From assembly GCF_037042905.1 (NCBI RefSeq), contig NC_087252.1, positions 15,998,001 through 16,062,000 on the forward strand: DNA of 64,000 nt. The letters run 5' to 3'. Of this stretch, positions 36,749 through 47,384 are shown one piece after another. The position numbers were made by a program, and so were the translations under genes. Under the pieces are notes generated by a model that saw only the letters and a program-made list of their open reading frames with translations, was not told the DNA's origin and searched no databases. The stretch's first letter is position 1, and every line of letters begins with the position of its first letter. Source of the DNA: Lytechinus pictus. Its lineage: Eukaryota.

Positions 36749-37626
36749 ACAAGTGGAATGCCTCTGGCCGTCTCACCTGCATCACGCGATTCAATATAGC
36801 AGCAGTGCTGATTTTGAAAACTACTATAACTCGCACAAGATGTTCAGTGATACTTGGTTACTCTTATTTCCACGTTTTATGAACTAGACCAATACACTTA
36901 TAGAGATATGATGGCAATTCAACAAATACCCCCAACGTGGCCAAAGTTCTTTGACCTTACATGACCTTTGACCTTGATTATGTGACCTGAAACTCGCACA
37001 GGATGTTCAGTGATACTTGATTACTATTATGTCCAAGTTTTATGAACTAGATCAACACACTTTCAAATTTATGGCTGTAATTCAACAAATACCCCAATTT
37101 GGCCAAAGTTCATTGACCCTAAATGACCTTTGACCTTGATCATGTGACCTGAAACTTGCACAGGATGTTCAGTAATACTTGATTACTATTATGTCAAGTT
37201 TCATGAATCAGATCCATAAACTTTCAAAGTTATGATGGTAATTCAACAGATACCCCCAATTCGGCCAAAGTTCATTGACCCTAAATGACCTTTGACCTTG
37301 GTCATGTGACGTGAAACTCATGCAGGATGTTCATTGATAATTGATTAACCTTATGTATAAGTTTCATGAACTAGGTCCATATATTTTCTAAGTTATGATG
37401 ACATTTCAAAAACTTAACCTTAGGTTAAGATTTTGATGTTGATTCCCCCAACATGGTCTAAGTTCATTGACCCTAAATGACCTTTGACCTTGGTCATGTG
37501 ACATGAAACTCAGGCAGGATGTTCAGTAATACTTGATTAACCTTATGGCCAAGTCGCCGTCGCCGCCGCCGTCGCCGTCGGAAAAGCGGCGCCTATAGTC
37601 TCACTCTGCTATGCAGGTGAGACAAA
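36749..37626 (-). mobile_element. Second Helentron-type non-autonomous element with internal tandem repeats, nested in the array
   Basis: ACAAG end plus subTIR GTCTCACCTGCAT; opposite end ATGCAGGTGAGAC-AAAAA within a hairpin. Inserted in the A-run of ACAAGAAAAAATGGAG, which is intact at about 33803 and 34800. Confidence 0.75.
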
Positions 37627-39378
37627 AAATGGAGATATAGCTCACGAAATAGAGGAATGTAGAATCTAGTTTTGAGAAAAAGTCATGTCCCATAGAGATT
37701 ACACGTAAAATGAGGAAAAATGACATGCCTCTTTTCATCGCAATTTTACACCATGATGCGTTTTTCAAAATGAAAATTCATGATAACTGACGAGAAAGAG
37801 TACATTCTAAACCACTACATATCGAAATCTGGGCGAAAAATGATCAATATTCACGGAGTTATGATCAAATTTGCATAAATTTGATGAAGTCATTTTTGAA
37901 AAAATGAAATTTTCAGTTTAGGCGCAATTTTGATGACGTCATGATCAAACTGAGGGACAATGGTGACATGAAATCAAATCTACAACTCATACTCTATCGA
38001 TACATGAACAAAAAATTGGGGTCAACGGACTATTTAAAGAGCTACAGTGAATTTTCAATAGACATGTTTTTGCCCATATATGGCCTGTAGTGAGAGCTCG
38101 CGTGCACACGTGCTGCAAAGTTTAACGGGTGATAATTTCGTTATTACTTGTCGTAGAAGGTTGATCAAGGTATCAAATTGTTCAGAATTATATTATCGGT
38201 GCATTCATATTAAAAAAAATGGCGATCCTATGTTGCATAGTGCCGTTACGCGCGAGAATGCGCGCGCATGTGCGTGCGCGTTTTTTTTTGCAAAATGCTT
38301 AAAATGGCCTGAAACGTATGGAAAATTAATTTGGAACGAATTTGAGCATTTTAAAATTTTAATGCGCGCGTACGTGCGCGTCGAGGTGCGCGCGCGGAAT
38401 TTGATGAAATTTTTAGTTGACCTGAAGTTGATGTATACCAAATATAGTTGATTTTTGATGACTCGTTATCGAGATATGATAATGACCTGATTTTTACAAA
38501 ATGGTGCCTGGATGACGTCACGATGACCTAATGACCTTGAAAAAGTTGATTTAACTTTTAATCATAGGGCTTGATGACTGACAGAAATTTGAAGGAAATT
38601 GACCATGTCGATTTCGAGTGAACGTGTGTACAAAAAAGTGTACGGAAGATATAAAAATAAATAAAGAATAAATAAATAAAGAAAATTCTAACGAAATCAA
38701 TGGGTGATCTGTCATCAACAGACCACCTAATAAAGGATACCAAAAAATCATTTGGCGGGGGGTATCTGAATTTCAAAAAGAAAATCACATGCCTAAAAAG
38801 TTCAATATCTGCTCTTTCATTTGATACCTTAATCACAAAAAAATGGTCTAGAAGTAAAAAAGTTATGTTCCCTCGAAACAAAGCTTTTATTTCCATAATT
38901 TCATTAAATAAACTTGTTTTCACCGGTTTCCCACAGAAGCTTTCGCTCGGTTAACAAAAGACTTAGGGCATGGCTGATCTTCAACAAAACGGAGTGTCGA
39001 GTGAGTTTGAAGGCTAGCCTGTAAAACCTCTTCATTCTATGAAATTATTGAAATTCAAGCCTTATTTCAAATAGCCAGAACTTTCTTATTTCTTGACCAT
39101 TTTCTGTAATTGAGGTATCAAATTAAAGAGCAGATATTGAATTTTTTTAAAATGTGGTTTTTGTTTTGAAACCCAGATACAGCCCACCAAATGATTTTTT
39201 GCTATCCCCTCTTCAAATTGTTTTTGCTCATTCATGCGTGAATGAAAAATGATCTAAGTAATTCCAGATGAAAGAGGAGATTCTAAGCTTTACAATGGTA
39301 GGTCATTTGTCTATTGTATTTGTAATTAAGTTATGATAAATTATTGATAAATCTTGGTTTCGTTTTTTGTAGGACGCA

Positions 39379-39426
<48 letters not shown>

Positions 39427-39473
39427 ATGCTGAAGATAATGCTTTCATTGCCAATAAAGTTTTTTATTGTTTC

Positions 39474-39509
39474 CTCAAATTTTCGACGGTCCTCCGTCTT
39501 CTTCAGGAG
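39474..39509 (-). ncRNA. Putative minimal type I hammerhead ribozyme (inverted pLTR copy)
   Basis: Exact reverse complement of 40405-40440. Confidence 0.6.
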
Positions 39510-39691
39510 TTTAACAATGTGTTGTATCAATCAGAGAGCGCATCCTCAGACAGATGTTGCTATGATGACTGGCTGAGGATGCGCGCCCTTCACAGAAACA
39601 ACTCATAGTAACGCTATTTTGTAATAATGTTAAACACATCATTACTGACACCATAATTAAAATTAAAATTAAAATTAAAATTGCAAATAAT

Positions 39692-40054
39692 GTGCACCCG
39701 CAGAGACATGACTGCGATGCCAGTAACGTGCTTTACTGTTTGCTCTGCGCACGCTGCCCCCATGCTATCTATATTGGTGAAACCAGCACGAAAATCCGAA
39801 TGCGCTTCAATGACCACAAATCATCTATTCAGAAGAAACGTACCGACCTTCCTGTTGCCAGACATTTCTGCCTTCCTGGACATTCGTTAGCGGATGTGAA
39901 AGTGTGCATATTTGGGGGAGGATACAAATCAGCGGACGAGAGGAAAACCGCTGAACTACGAATGATTGTTAAATGTAGGAGCTTTGAAGGTGATGGTATG
40001 AACAGAGATCTTGGATTCCTAAGCGGATATTCATTCTTCCGTTGGTTTCGTTAG
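39692..40054 (+). pseudogene. GIY-YIG endonuclease domain, C-terminus of a Penelope-like element ORF; reverse transcriptase missing
   Basis: C.ASNVLYCLLCARC...YIGET...RMRFNDH...PVARHF..PGH...E......GMN motif series. Confidence 0.9.
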
Positions 40055-40404
40055 TTTTGAAAAAATACTTTGACAAGTGCCACGATGTTTGATATCGTAT
40101 CACACAGGAATGTTTCTTATTACTCAAAAATACCTATTCGTACTTAATACTTTCCGGGGGAGAATCATTTTCTCCTAACGAATTTGATCTTCGTTCTATC
40201 ATCTCATCGCTTAATTTTCTTATTGTTACGTAACGAGTAATGTTATTGCGCAATATTTTTTTCTTTACTGTTACGTAACAATGTGATTATTACAAAATAG
40301 CGTTACTATGAGTTGTTTCTGTGAAGGGCGCGCATCCTCAGCCAGTCATCATAGCAACATCTGTCTGAGGATGCGCTCTCTGATTGATACCACACATTGT
40401 TAAA

Positions 40405-40440
40405 CTCCTGAAGAAGACGGAGGACCGTCGAAAATTTGAG
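40405..40440 (+). ncRNA. Putative minimal type I hammerhead ribozyme in the pLTR
   Basis: CTC-CTGAAGA-A-GACGG(AGGA)CCGTC-GAAA-ATTT-GAG: both core boxes, stem II, a palindromic short stem III and stem I CTC/GAG. Confidence 0.6.
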
Positions 40441-40601
40441 GAAACAAACTTTATTGCCAATGAAAGCATTATCTTCAGCATTATTTTGTTACCTTACAGA
40501 AGCCAATACGTGAATCTTTAAGATATATATATATTCTTGTTTAATGGTAAAGTGTTTACTTTTATCATCAAATTGTTGAGTATATACCTATTTACTTACA
40601 A

Positions 40602-40653
<52 letters not shown>

Positions 40654-41696
40654 TTTTTGGCCCCCCCCCCCCCCATTGGCGAAAGCTGGATCCGCCCCTG
40701 AAGACCGATGAAAGACTGTTTTGAACCATTTCAAAAAGTTTTGGAGATCATGGAGACCACGAAGACCACTGAAAGAGCCATCAGGAATCGTGAAAGACCT
40801 CAGAGATCTTTGAAAGAAGGACGCTTGAAAGATCAAGCAAATTTCATGGTCTCACAGCAGTCTTTCAGAGGTCTTGCTCTCAGTGTCTCTCCCAGCGAGA
40901 CCATGTATTCACCAAAAAAGGATATTAACCTAGATTCTCAAATACATGAAATAAAAAACAGGTACCCATGATTCTTAACCCTATCTAGGCGCCTAAACGA
41001 CTGATTCAATATTTTTGCCATACAAATTTTTTTTTACCACGACGGTCCCTTTTTTTTAACTTTCAAATCTTGCGCAACTTTTGAAACCACTTTTGCCACA
41101 CCCAAACACGCGGTTCTGAAATTACGCAACATATTGGAACTGTATGTCAGACCAAAAATTGCTCAAAAATTGCTCAAAAAAGTGATTTCATGTACAAAGT
41201 CAATGGAAATTGTTATTTCAACAAAAAATCATAAATATATGATCATTTTTAGTTTTGCTGGTTTAAATGGATTTACTTTATGTTGTTTATGATCTTAAAA
41301 GTCCCTGACAAAGTTAATTGAAAAAAACAATAACAAAAGGTTAAGAAAACAAGGGAATACAAAAGAAATTGCAAAACAAATACATAAGATATTGATCTGA
41401 TATCGCAATTTTTCATGTACCTGTACATTTGCTAAGAACAAGACAAGAGTTTCTACATGTATACCAAAAATCAGACAATTTGTAGCTTTATTTAGGGAGT
41501 CCGAGGAAAAAGTATAATTTTGCATACTAATTATGCATTAGCATGAATCAAATTACATACAATTTTGTATAATATGTTCCAGACAACCTGCATGCAATTT
41601 TTGAATTGAGATCTCGAGGCGGGCCTGAGCCCCCCCCCCCCCTCCCGACCATATGATCTCCCAAAGTACCAGTGTACCAGTACCAGTTTATCTTAC

Positions 41697-41777
41697 CTTG
41701 TGTATTCCATTGGTCTTGAGCTGTATCAGGGTTGGTCATGTCTTCATCTACTTCACGTTTGATGGTGAAGGTTTGAC
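41697..41777 (-). CDS. 81-bp phase 1-1 exon of the zinc-finger gene (GQTFTIKREVDEDMTNPDTAQDQWNTQ)
   Basis: tag| acceptor, CAAG|gtaaga donor, open frame, phase matches the 15152 acceptor. Confidence 0.7.
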
Positions 41778-41942
41778 CTAGTATGAGCAGATAAATAGTA
41801 AGCAAATAATGAAGATAACAATCAACCCGGGGGGAGGGGGGGGGGGGACACTTCCATCGACGAGTGGATACCATGCGCGACCATGGGGTCTCGAAAAGCA
41901 CCCTAAAATGGATTTTCCATATTCTGAAAATGCACCCCTTAA

Positions 41943-42545
41943 AGGTCAAGTCCACCTCAGAAAAATGTTGATTTGAATCAATAGAGAAAAAACAGACGAG
42001 TACAATGCTGAAAATTTCATCAAAATCGGATGTAAAATAAGAAAGTTATGACATTTCAAAGTTTCGCTTATTTTTAACAAAATAGTTATATGAACGAGCC
42101 AGTTACATCCAAATGCGAGAGTCGATGATGTCACTCACTCACTATTTCTTTTGTTTTTTATTGTTTGAATTATACAATATTTCAATTTTTACGAATTTGA
42201 TGATTAGGACCTCCTTGCCTGAAGCACAAAATGTTAAAATAATGGAATTCCACGCGTTCAGGGAGGAATGAAACTTCATTTGACATGACAATGACGAGAA
42301 AATAAAAAATATTTCATATTTCATATAATGAAATACAAAAGAAATAGTGAGTGAGTGATGTCATCAGTTCCCTCATTTGCGTACCAACTGAGATGTGCAT
42401 ATAACTGTTTTGTAAAATGAAGCGAAACTTTCAAATGTCATAACTTTCTTATTTTACATCCGATTTTGATGAAATTTTCAGTGTTATGCTTGTTGAATTT
42501 TTCTCTTTTTATTCAAATCAAGTTTTGTTGGGGTGTACTTGTCCT
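41943..42545. mobile_element. TTAA-flanked MITE (Kolobok-like)
   Basis: TTAA-AGGTCAAGTCCACC ... GGTGTACTTGTCCT-TTAA; same family at 58279-58865 and 63660-64000. Confidence 0.85.
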
Positions 42546-42702
42546 TTAAGTATTGGCATGTGAAACCCTGCCCTTAACAAGTATTGGAAACAAAACGATA
42601 ACCCGCAAGTGAAAACCCGAACCATACCGTCCCGTATAATCCAATAATTAGCAAGCGAGACCCACTGACCCGTCGGGTTTTAACCAGGTCAATTCATCTT
42701 TG

Positions 42703-43637
42703 AACAAGGCAACCGCCAAGCGTTGTCTCGCCTGCATATTGCAGTCATGAAGAGACTGCATGTCAAAACTATGCTATATGACTTCTGAGGCTGTCAGCAG
42801 TTTAGTGGTGTGAATTGTGGTTCTGACAGTTTGCATATGCAATAATGGCATAGGCCTACTTTATCCCTAGAAAATGAGATAACACTAAGAATGCTGTTAA
42901 AGCTATAATTATTTCCATGCAAGTAAGGAAATGAATGTTAGTGAAAAAGAATGTAATTGATATTAATGTGAGTAAAATTAAATCAATTATAAAGGTGTTA
43001 TGGCAAACTTATTGTTTGAAAAAATGGAGGAAAGGTTGTGCATGAAAGATAAATATAAAAACTTATTGTGTGTGATTTTTAGCCATCTTGCCTTCACTTT
43101 AGCAGTAGGGTTTTCTAAATTGATCTGTGTGCATATGATAAGTAAATGATGCAAGAGTGAAGTACTACATGTACAAGCTATAATAGAAAGTTATTGTGTG
43201 TACAACACAGCACAGTGCCAGTCATGGAAAGTTCATTGACCTTTGACCTTAATATAAAAACTTATTGTGTGTGATTTTCAGCCATCTTGCCTTCACTTTA
43301 GCAGTAGGGTTTTCTAAATTGATCTGTGTGCTTATGATAAGTAAATGATGCAAGAGTGAAGTACTACAAGTACAAGCTATAGAAAGTTATTATGTGTACA
43401 ACGTAGCACAGTGCCAGTCATGGAAAGTTCATTGACCCTTGACCTTATTCAAATTCGACTCATATTCGAACTTGACCTGTGCCTTCAGGAGATGGACCTC
43501 TGGTATGAATTTGGTGATCCCACCTCGAAGCTATAAAAAGTTATTGGGTGTACAACACAATTGTTGACGACGCTGCCGGAAATAGTGATACCTACATGTA
43601 AACCTATGTCTCGCTCCACTACGCAGGCGAGACAAAA
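42703..43637 (-). mobile_element. Helentron-type non-autonomous element related to 36749-37626
   Basis: ACAAG end, subTIR GTCTCGCCTGC / GCAGGCGAGAC-AAAAA, and an internal tandem duplication of about 200 bp (43052-43447). Confidence 0.7.
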
Positions 43638-44888
43638 ATGAAAAATATTATTTCTGCAATCCCCACGATATACAGGCTCAAATCAGGAAAATATATGCCA
43701 ACTACTAACCTAGCCGAGAGTGAATTTACTTACAATTTGCAAATTCGCCTTTTATTCCGGAGAGAAAAGTGTGTTTTTTTTGGTGACTTTGTACCACGAA
43801 ATGGGTCTGCTCTGATCTCGAAATTGAAAGCATTACGCAATTAACTCCTCGGATCGGAGCCACAGCTCAGCGCGCGCTAGCTAGCCCAGGCTGCCCAGCA
43901 AAGATCGGCAATGTTGTTTTTCAGTCCAGGTCGGTCGACACAGTGACTCACAACAATCATAATTACAATATTCGATTCTATGGGACCTCGTCTATAAAGT
44001 AATAAAAATTGAAATAAATACCTGGATAATGATACAGTCAATTTTTTCCTCTCGTATATCTCCAGATTATTTCCTTCTGTTTTTGTATTTCATTCGATAA
44101 AATGCGATTGCTTTTGACTGCACTGCACTGGCGCTCCTTTGAAAGAGCAACTCGATGTATTATGTCGAACTGTCTCAGTCCTGTTCACTGTTCTCAAGAC
44201 AAAAATATGCCGGCATTTTAAAAATATCTACGTCTCTAAAAGAATCCGCCACGTAAAAAGCACATGATCCGAACTCAATTTTCATTGTTGTTTTTATTAT
44301 GCGTCGTTACTACTCCCTTTTTTTCGCATGACGGTCTGCGGGTTTGAGAATGAACTCGGCCTGGCCCGCAACCCGTGATCGGGATAATACCGGCAGGTTA
44401 ACCCGTACCGCAACGGGAGCGGGTTACAACATTAACTCTTGGCAAGAATTCCTTGAAATGAACTCCTTAACAAGTACAGCTATATTTTATTGTTATGTCA
44501 TGGGTCCATCGGTCGTTGGTTTTACCTTTGACACACCATTTGGTTTAGTACGGCCCCACCTTCAAAACCTTGCGCAAATCGGACTCTAAACACGTACATT
44601 ATAATTTTGTTTTGTCATCCCAGCAAATTATGACCCTAAACAAGTAGCTCTCCTAGCAAAAAATATACCCCTTTTCATCATTTTAATGTTTTTGACACCC
44701 TTTAATCACGTTACATACGTAACATGCCCTATCTTGAAAAAGACATCCTTTTTAAGTGTTTTTTGGTCGTGCATAGTACCGACTCGTCAATGTAAGTGCC
44801 CCCCCCCCCCCCAGGCAATCAATAATGTTTGACTCTTTGAACATCAATCAAGCTTGTTCTAGAACATACATGAACCAGTGTATCTTAC

Positions 44889-44969
44889 CTTGTGTGGACC
44901 ATTGTTCTTGAGCTGTTTCAGGGTTGGTCATGTTTTCATCTACTTCCCATTTTAACATGAAGGTTTGAC
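44889..44969 (-). CDS. 81-bp phase 1-1 exon (GQTFMLKWEVDENMTNPETAQEQWSTQ)
   Basis: tag| acceptor, CAAG|gtaaga donor, open frame; paralogue of 41697-41777. Confidence 0.7.
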
Positions 44970-45093
44970 CTAGTATGAACACAGATAAATTGTAAGTATA
45001 TAATTAGATTGATGGATAACAGAAAGCAAAAGATTAACCCTTTAAACATCAATCAAACTTGTTCTAGAACATACATGAACCGTAATATCTTAC

Positions 45094-45174
45094 CTTGTGT
45101 AGTCCATTGTTCTAGAGCTGTATCAGGGTTGGTCATGTCTTCATCTACTTCCTGTTTGATGGTAAAGGTTTGAC
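45094..45174 (-). CDS. 81-bp phase 1-1 exon (GQTFTIKQEVDEDMTNPDTALEQWTTQ)
   Basis: cag| acceptor, CAAG|gtaaga donor, open frame; paralogue of the other two. Confidence 0.7.
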
Positions 45175-45814
45175 CTGGTATAAACAAAGTAACAATGTAA
45201 ACAAATTATTACCATCAATGGAGAGCTTGCTTAACTTCACTCTTGAAAAACTTGAAAGAATCTTGCTATTAAATTTTGAAACAAGAATACATGTACCCCC
45301 CACTAATTATTTTTGTATTTCATAATATAAGATATCTTGAATTTCTGTCATCATGTAATTTGTCAAATTAAAAGTAAAAGAGCAAAAGAAATAGTGGGGA
45401 TATCATCGACTTTCTCATTTGCGAATTACTACTTGGTGCATCAACTGTTTTGAGAAAAATACATGTAAGTAAAATGTCACAGCCTATATATCACACCCAA
45501 TTTTGATTAAATTTTTAATGTTATGCATGTTTTGTTATTCTTTATTGATTCAAATCAACATTTTCAGGGATAGACTTAGCCTCTTGTCGAGGCCCTGTCG
45601 GCTGCTTTCCGAGCGAACATGGCTAAGCAAGGGAGAGAGCAAAGCAGAGCGCCGTGAGACAGGGCCTCTCGACATCTAAGCCGAATTTCACTGACTTTCT
45701 TCTGTTTTTTAATGTTTTGACCAATATTCCGACCAAGAACTGGTCGTTGAAAATCATCCAATGACAGCGCAGGCCGCTATGACGTCATATTGCATATTCA
45801 TGAGCTCATCTTGA

Positions 45815-46215
45815 ATGGCAACCCGTGGATTCTTGGCGAAGAGTGACGATGAAATATCAAAGAGCATTGAATATGCCTCTAAAATGCTGAATATTGACCA
45901 ATTAAGGATTTGCAAGTTGATGAAATTAAATCTGCACTGAAAGGACAAGATGTTTTTGTAAATCTACCCTCAGGATATGGAAAAAATGTGATCTTTCATG
46001 CGATTCCACTATGCGTCAATTATCGATCTCTGCTGTGCAGTGAGGGAATGCTGGAGTGGAGCTTCCCCTTGACTCGAGCCTGACCAGCGACTGACCGGTA
46101 TCTCCCGGGAAGTTTCGGGGCGGTGATGGGTCTGCCTGTTGTGGCCAGTACTAGTAGTAGCAGCAGTAGTACCACTGCTTGTAGCATTTTGATGGTCATA
46201 TCCCCTTTAATAGTG
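45815..46215 (+). pseudogene. RecQ-like SF2 helicase N-terminal remnant, probably AcademH-derived
   Basis: MATRGFL...IDQL, 1-bp frameshift, then DLQVDEIKSALKGQDVFVNLPSGYGKNVIFHAIP (motif I) and later ILMVISPL (motif Ia). A TAGCC-type terminus lies at about 45577. Confidence 0.75.
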
Positions 46216-46321
46216 TCCTGCAATTAAATGAATCCCCTGCAGAATAGTGGACTATTTTATTCCGAACCCCAGACAAAACAGCTTTGACATTTCATTGGTT
46301 TACTAGCCCAATGAAAAAATG

Positions 46322-46922
46322 CGCACAGGATGTTCAGTGATACTTGATTACTTTTATGTCCAAGTTTTATGAACTAGACCAACATACTTTCAAAGTTACG
46401 ATGGTAATTCAACAAATACCCCAATTTGGCCAAAGTTCATTTACCCTAAATGACCTTTGACCTCGATTATGTGACCTGAAACTCATGCAGGGTGTTCAGT
46501 GATACTTGATTAATCTTATGTCCAAGTTTCATGAACTAGGTCCATATATTTTCTTAGTTATGATAGACCAACATACTTTCAAAGTTACGATGGTAATTCA
46601 ACAAATACCCCAATTTGGCCAAAGTTCATTGACCCTAAAATGACCTTTAACCTCGATTATGTGACCTGAAACCTATGAAGGATGTTCAGTGATGCTTGAT
46701 TAACCTTATGTCCAAGTTTAATGAAATAGGTCCATATATTTTCTTAGTTATGATGACATTTCAAAAACTTAACCTTAGGATAAGATATTGATGTTGATTT
46801 CCCCAACATGGTCTAAGTTCATTGACCCTAAATGACCTTTGACCTTGGTCATGTGACATAAAACTCAGGCAGGATGTTCAGTAATACTTGACTAATCTTA
46901 TGGCCAAGTTTTATGAACTAGG
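46322..46922. repeat. Internal tandem-repeat fragment of the 36749-37626 family
   Basis: Shared units CAGGATGTTCAGT...GGCCAAAGTTCATT...AAATGACCTTTGACCT. Confidence 0.85.
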
Positions 46923-47384
46923 CAGCAAATTATTTTTAAATGTTAACAGGCTTTGGAACAACAAATATTTGTGAAAACGGGGATCCTTGGAACAGGTCGC
47001 CTGCGTGTAATTGCGTATTCATCCCTATGGAACAGGCAAATATACGTGCATGCAGCGAGCCCGGCGGAACGGGCGCCGCGTGCGCTAGCGCAGATGCTAT
47101 AGTCGGACAGTGCTCTGCGGTCGCTTTTCACCAAAATTGCGGCTCATTGTAGCAGATTAATATGGCTGGAATGTTGAAACTGAAAATATGAGAAGCTTTG
47201 GAGCGGATTTCTTTCTTCTTTTTTCTTGATAACAAGAAAATGCTATGCTTTGGAGGGGCTATCTTTGTTCTTTTTCCCAATAAGGCAAAAATACTATGCC
47301 TTGGAATGGAAATTTGAGTGTAAAAATGGGGGTCCCCTCCGCGGCACATACCCACTATGCATTATATACTGAGTGCCTCCCCCC

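Larger units (their letters stand above)
29036..38731 (-). mobile_element. Tandem/nested array of a non-autonomous Helentron (Helitron2/DINE-1-like) element
   Basis: Minus-strand 3' end: subTIR GACAGACCACCT, hairpin AATTCGTC-cgcat-GACGAATT, then CTAGT (at 29036 and 33227). 5' end: hairpin AGGTGGTCTGTC-gat-GACAGATCACCT. Inserted in a TT run without a TSD. Confidence 0.75.
28863..39381. mobile_element. Tc1/mariner-like MITE inside (TA)n, split by the Helentron array
   Basis: CAGTGCATCCCAGAATAAACGAAACC vs reverse complement of the right end CAGTGCGTCCTACAAAAAACGAAACC. The left arm breaks at 29035 and resumes at about 38733. Confidence 0.8.
39421..40500 (+). mobile_element. 5'-truncated Penelope-like retroelement with an inverted pseudo-LTR
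   Basis: GIY-YIG ORF; 39421-39628 is an inverted copy of 40286-40487; (TA)n on both sides. Confidence 0.85.
41826..44815. mobile_element. Copy of the 6210-6765 MITE expanded by nested insertions
   Basis: Segments 41826-41942, 42546-42600 and 44434-44815 are colinear with 6210-6765; CAATCAA on both flanks. Confidence 0.85.

Noticed and set aside
34261..38451. Repeated ORFs (MAYSKSSRAH / MACSESSRAH, MTDHLLISLEF)
   Set aside because: They recur only because the Helentron unit repeats; the frames break between copies and no domain is recognisable.
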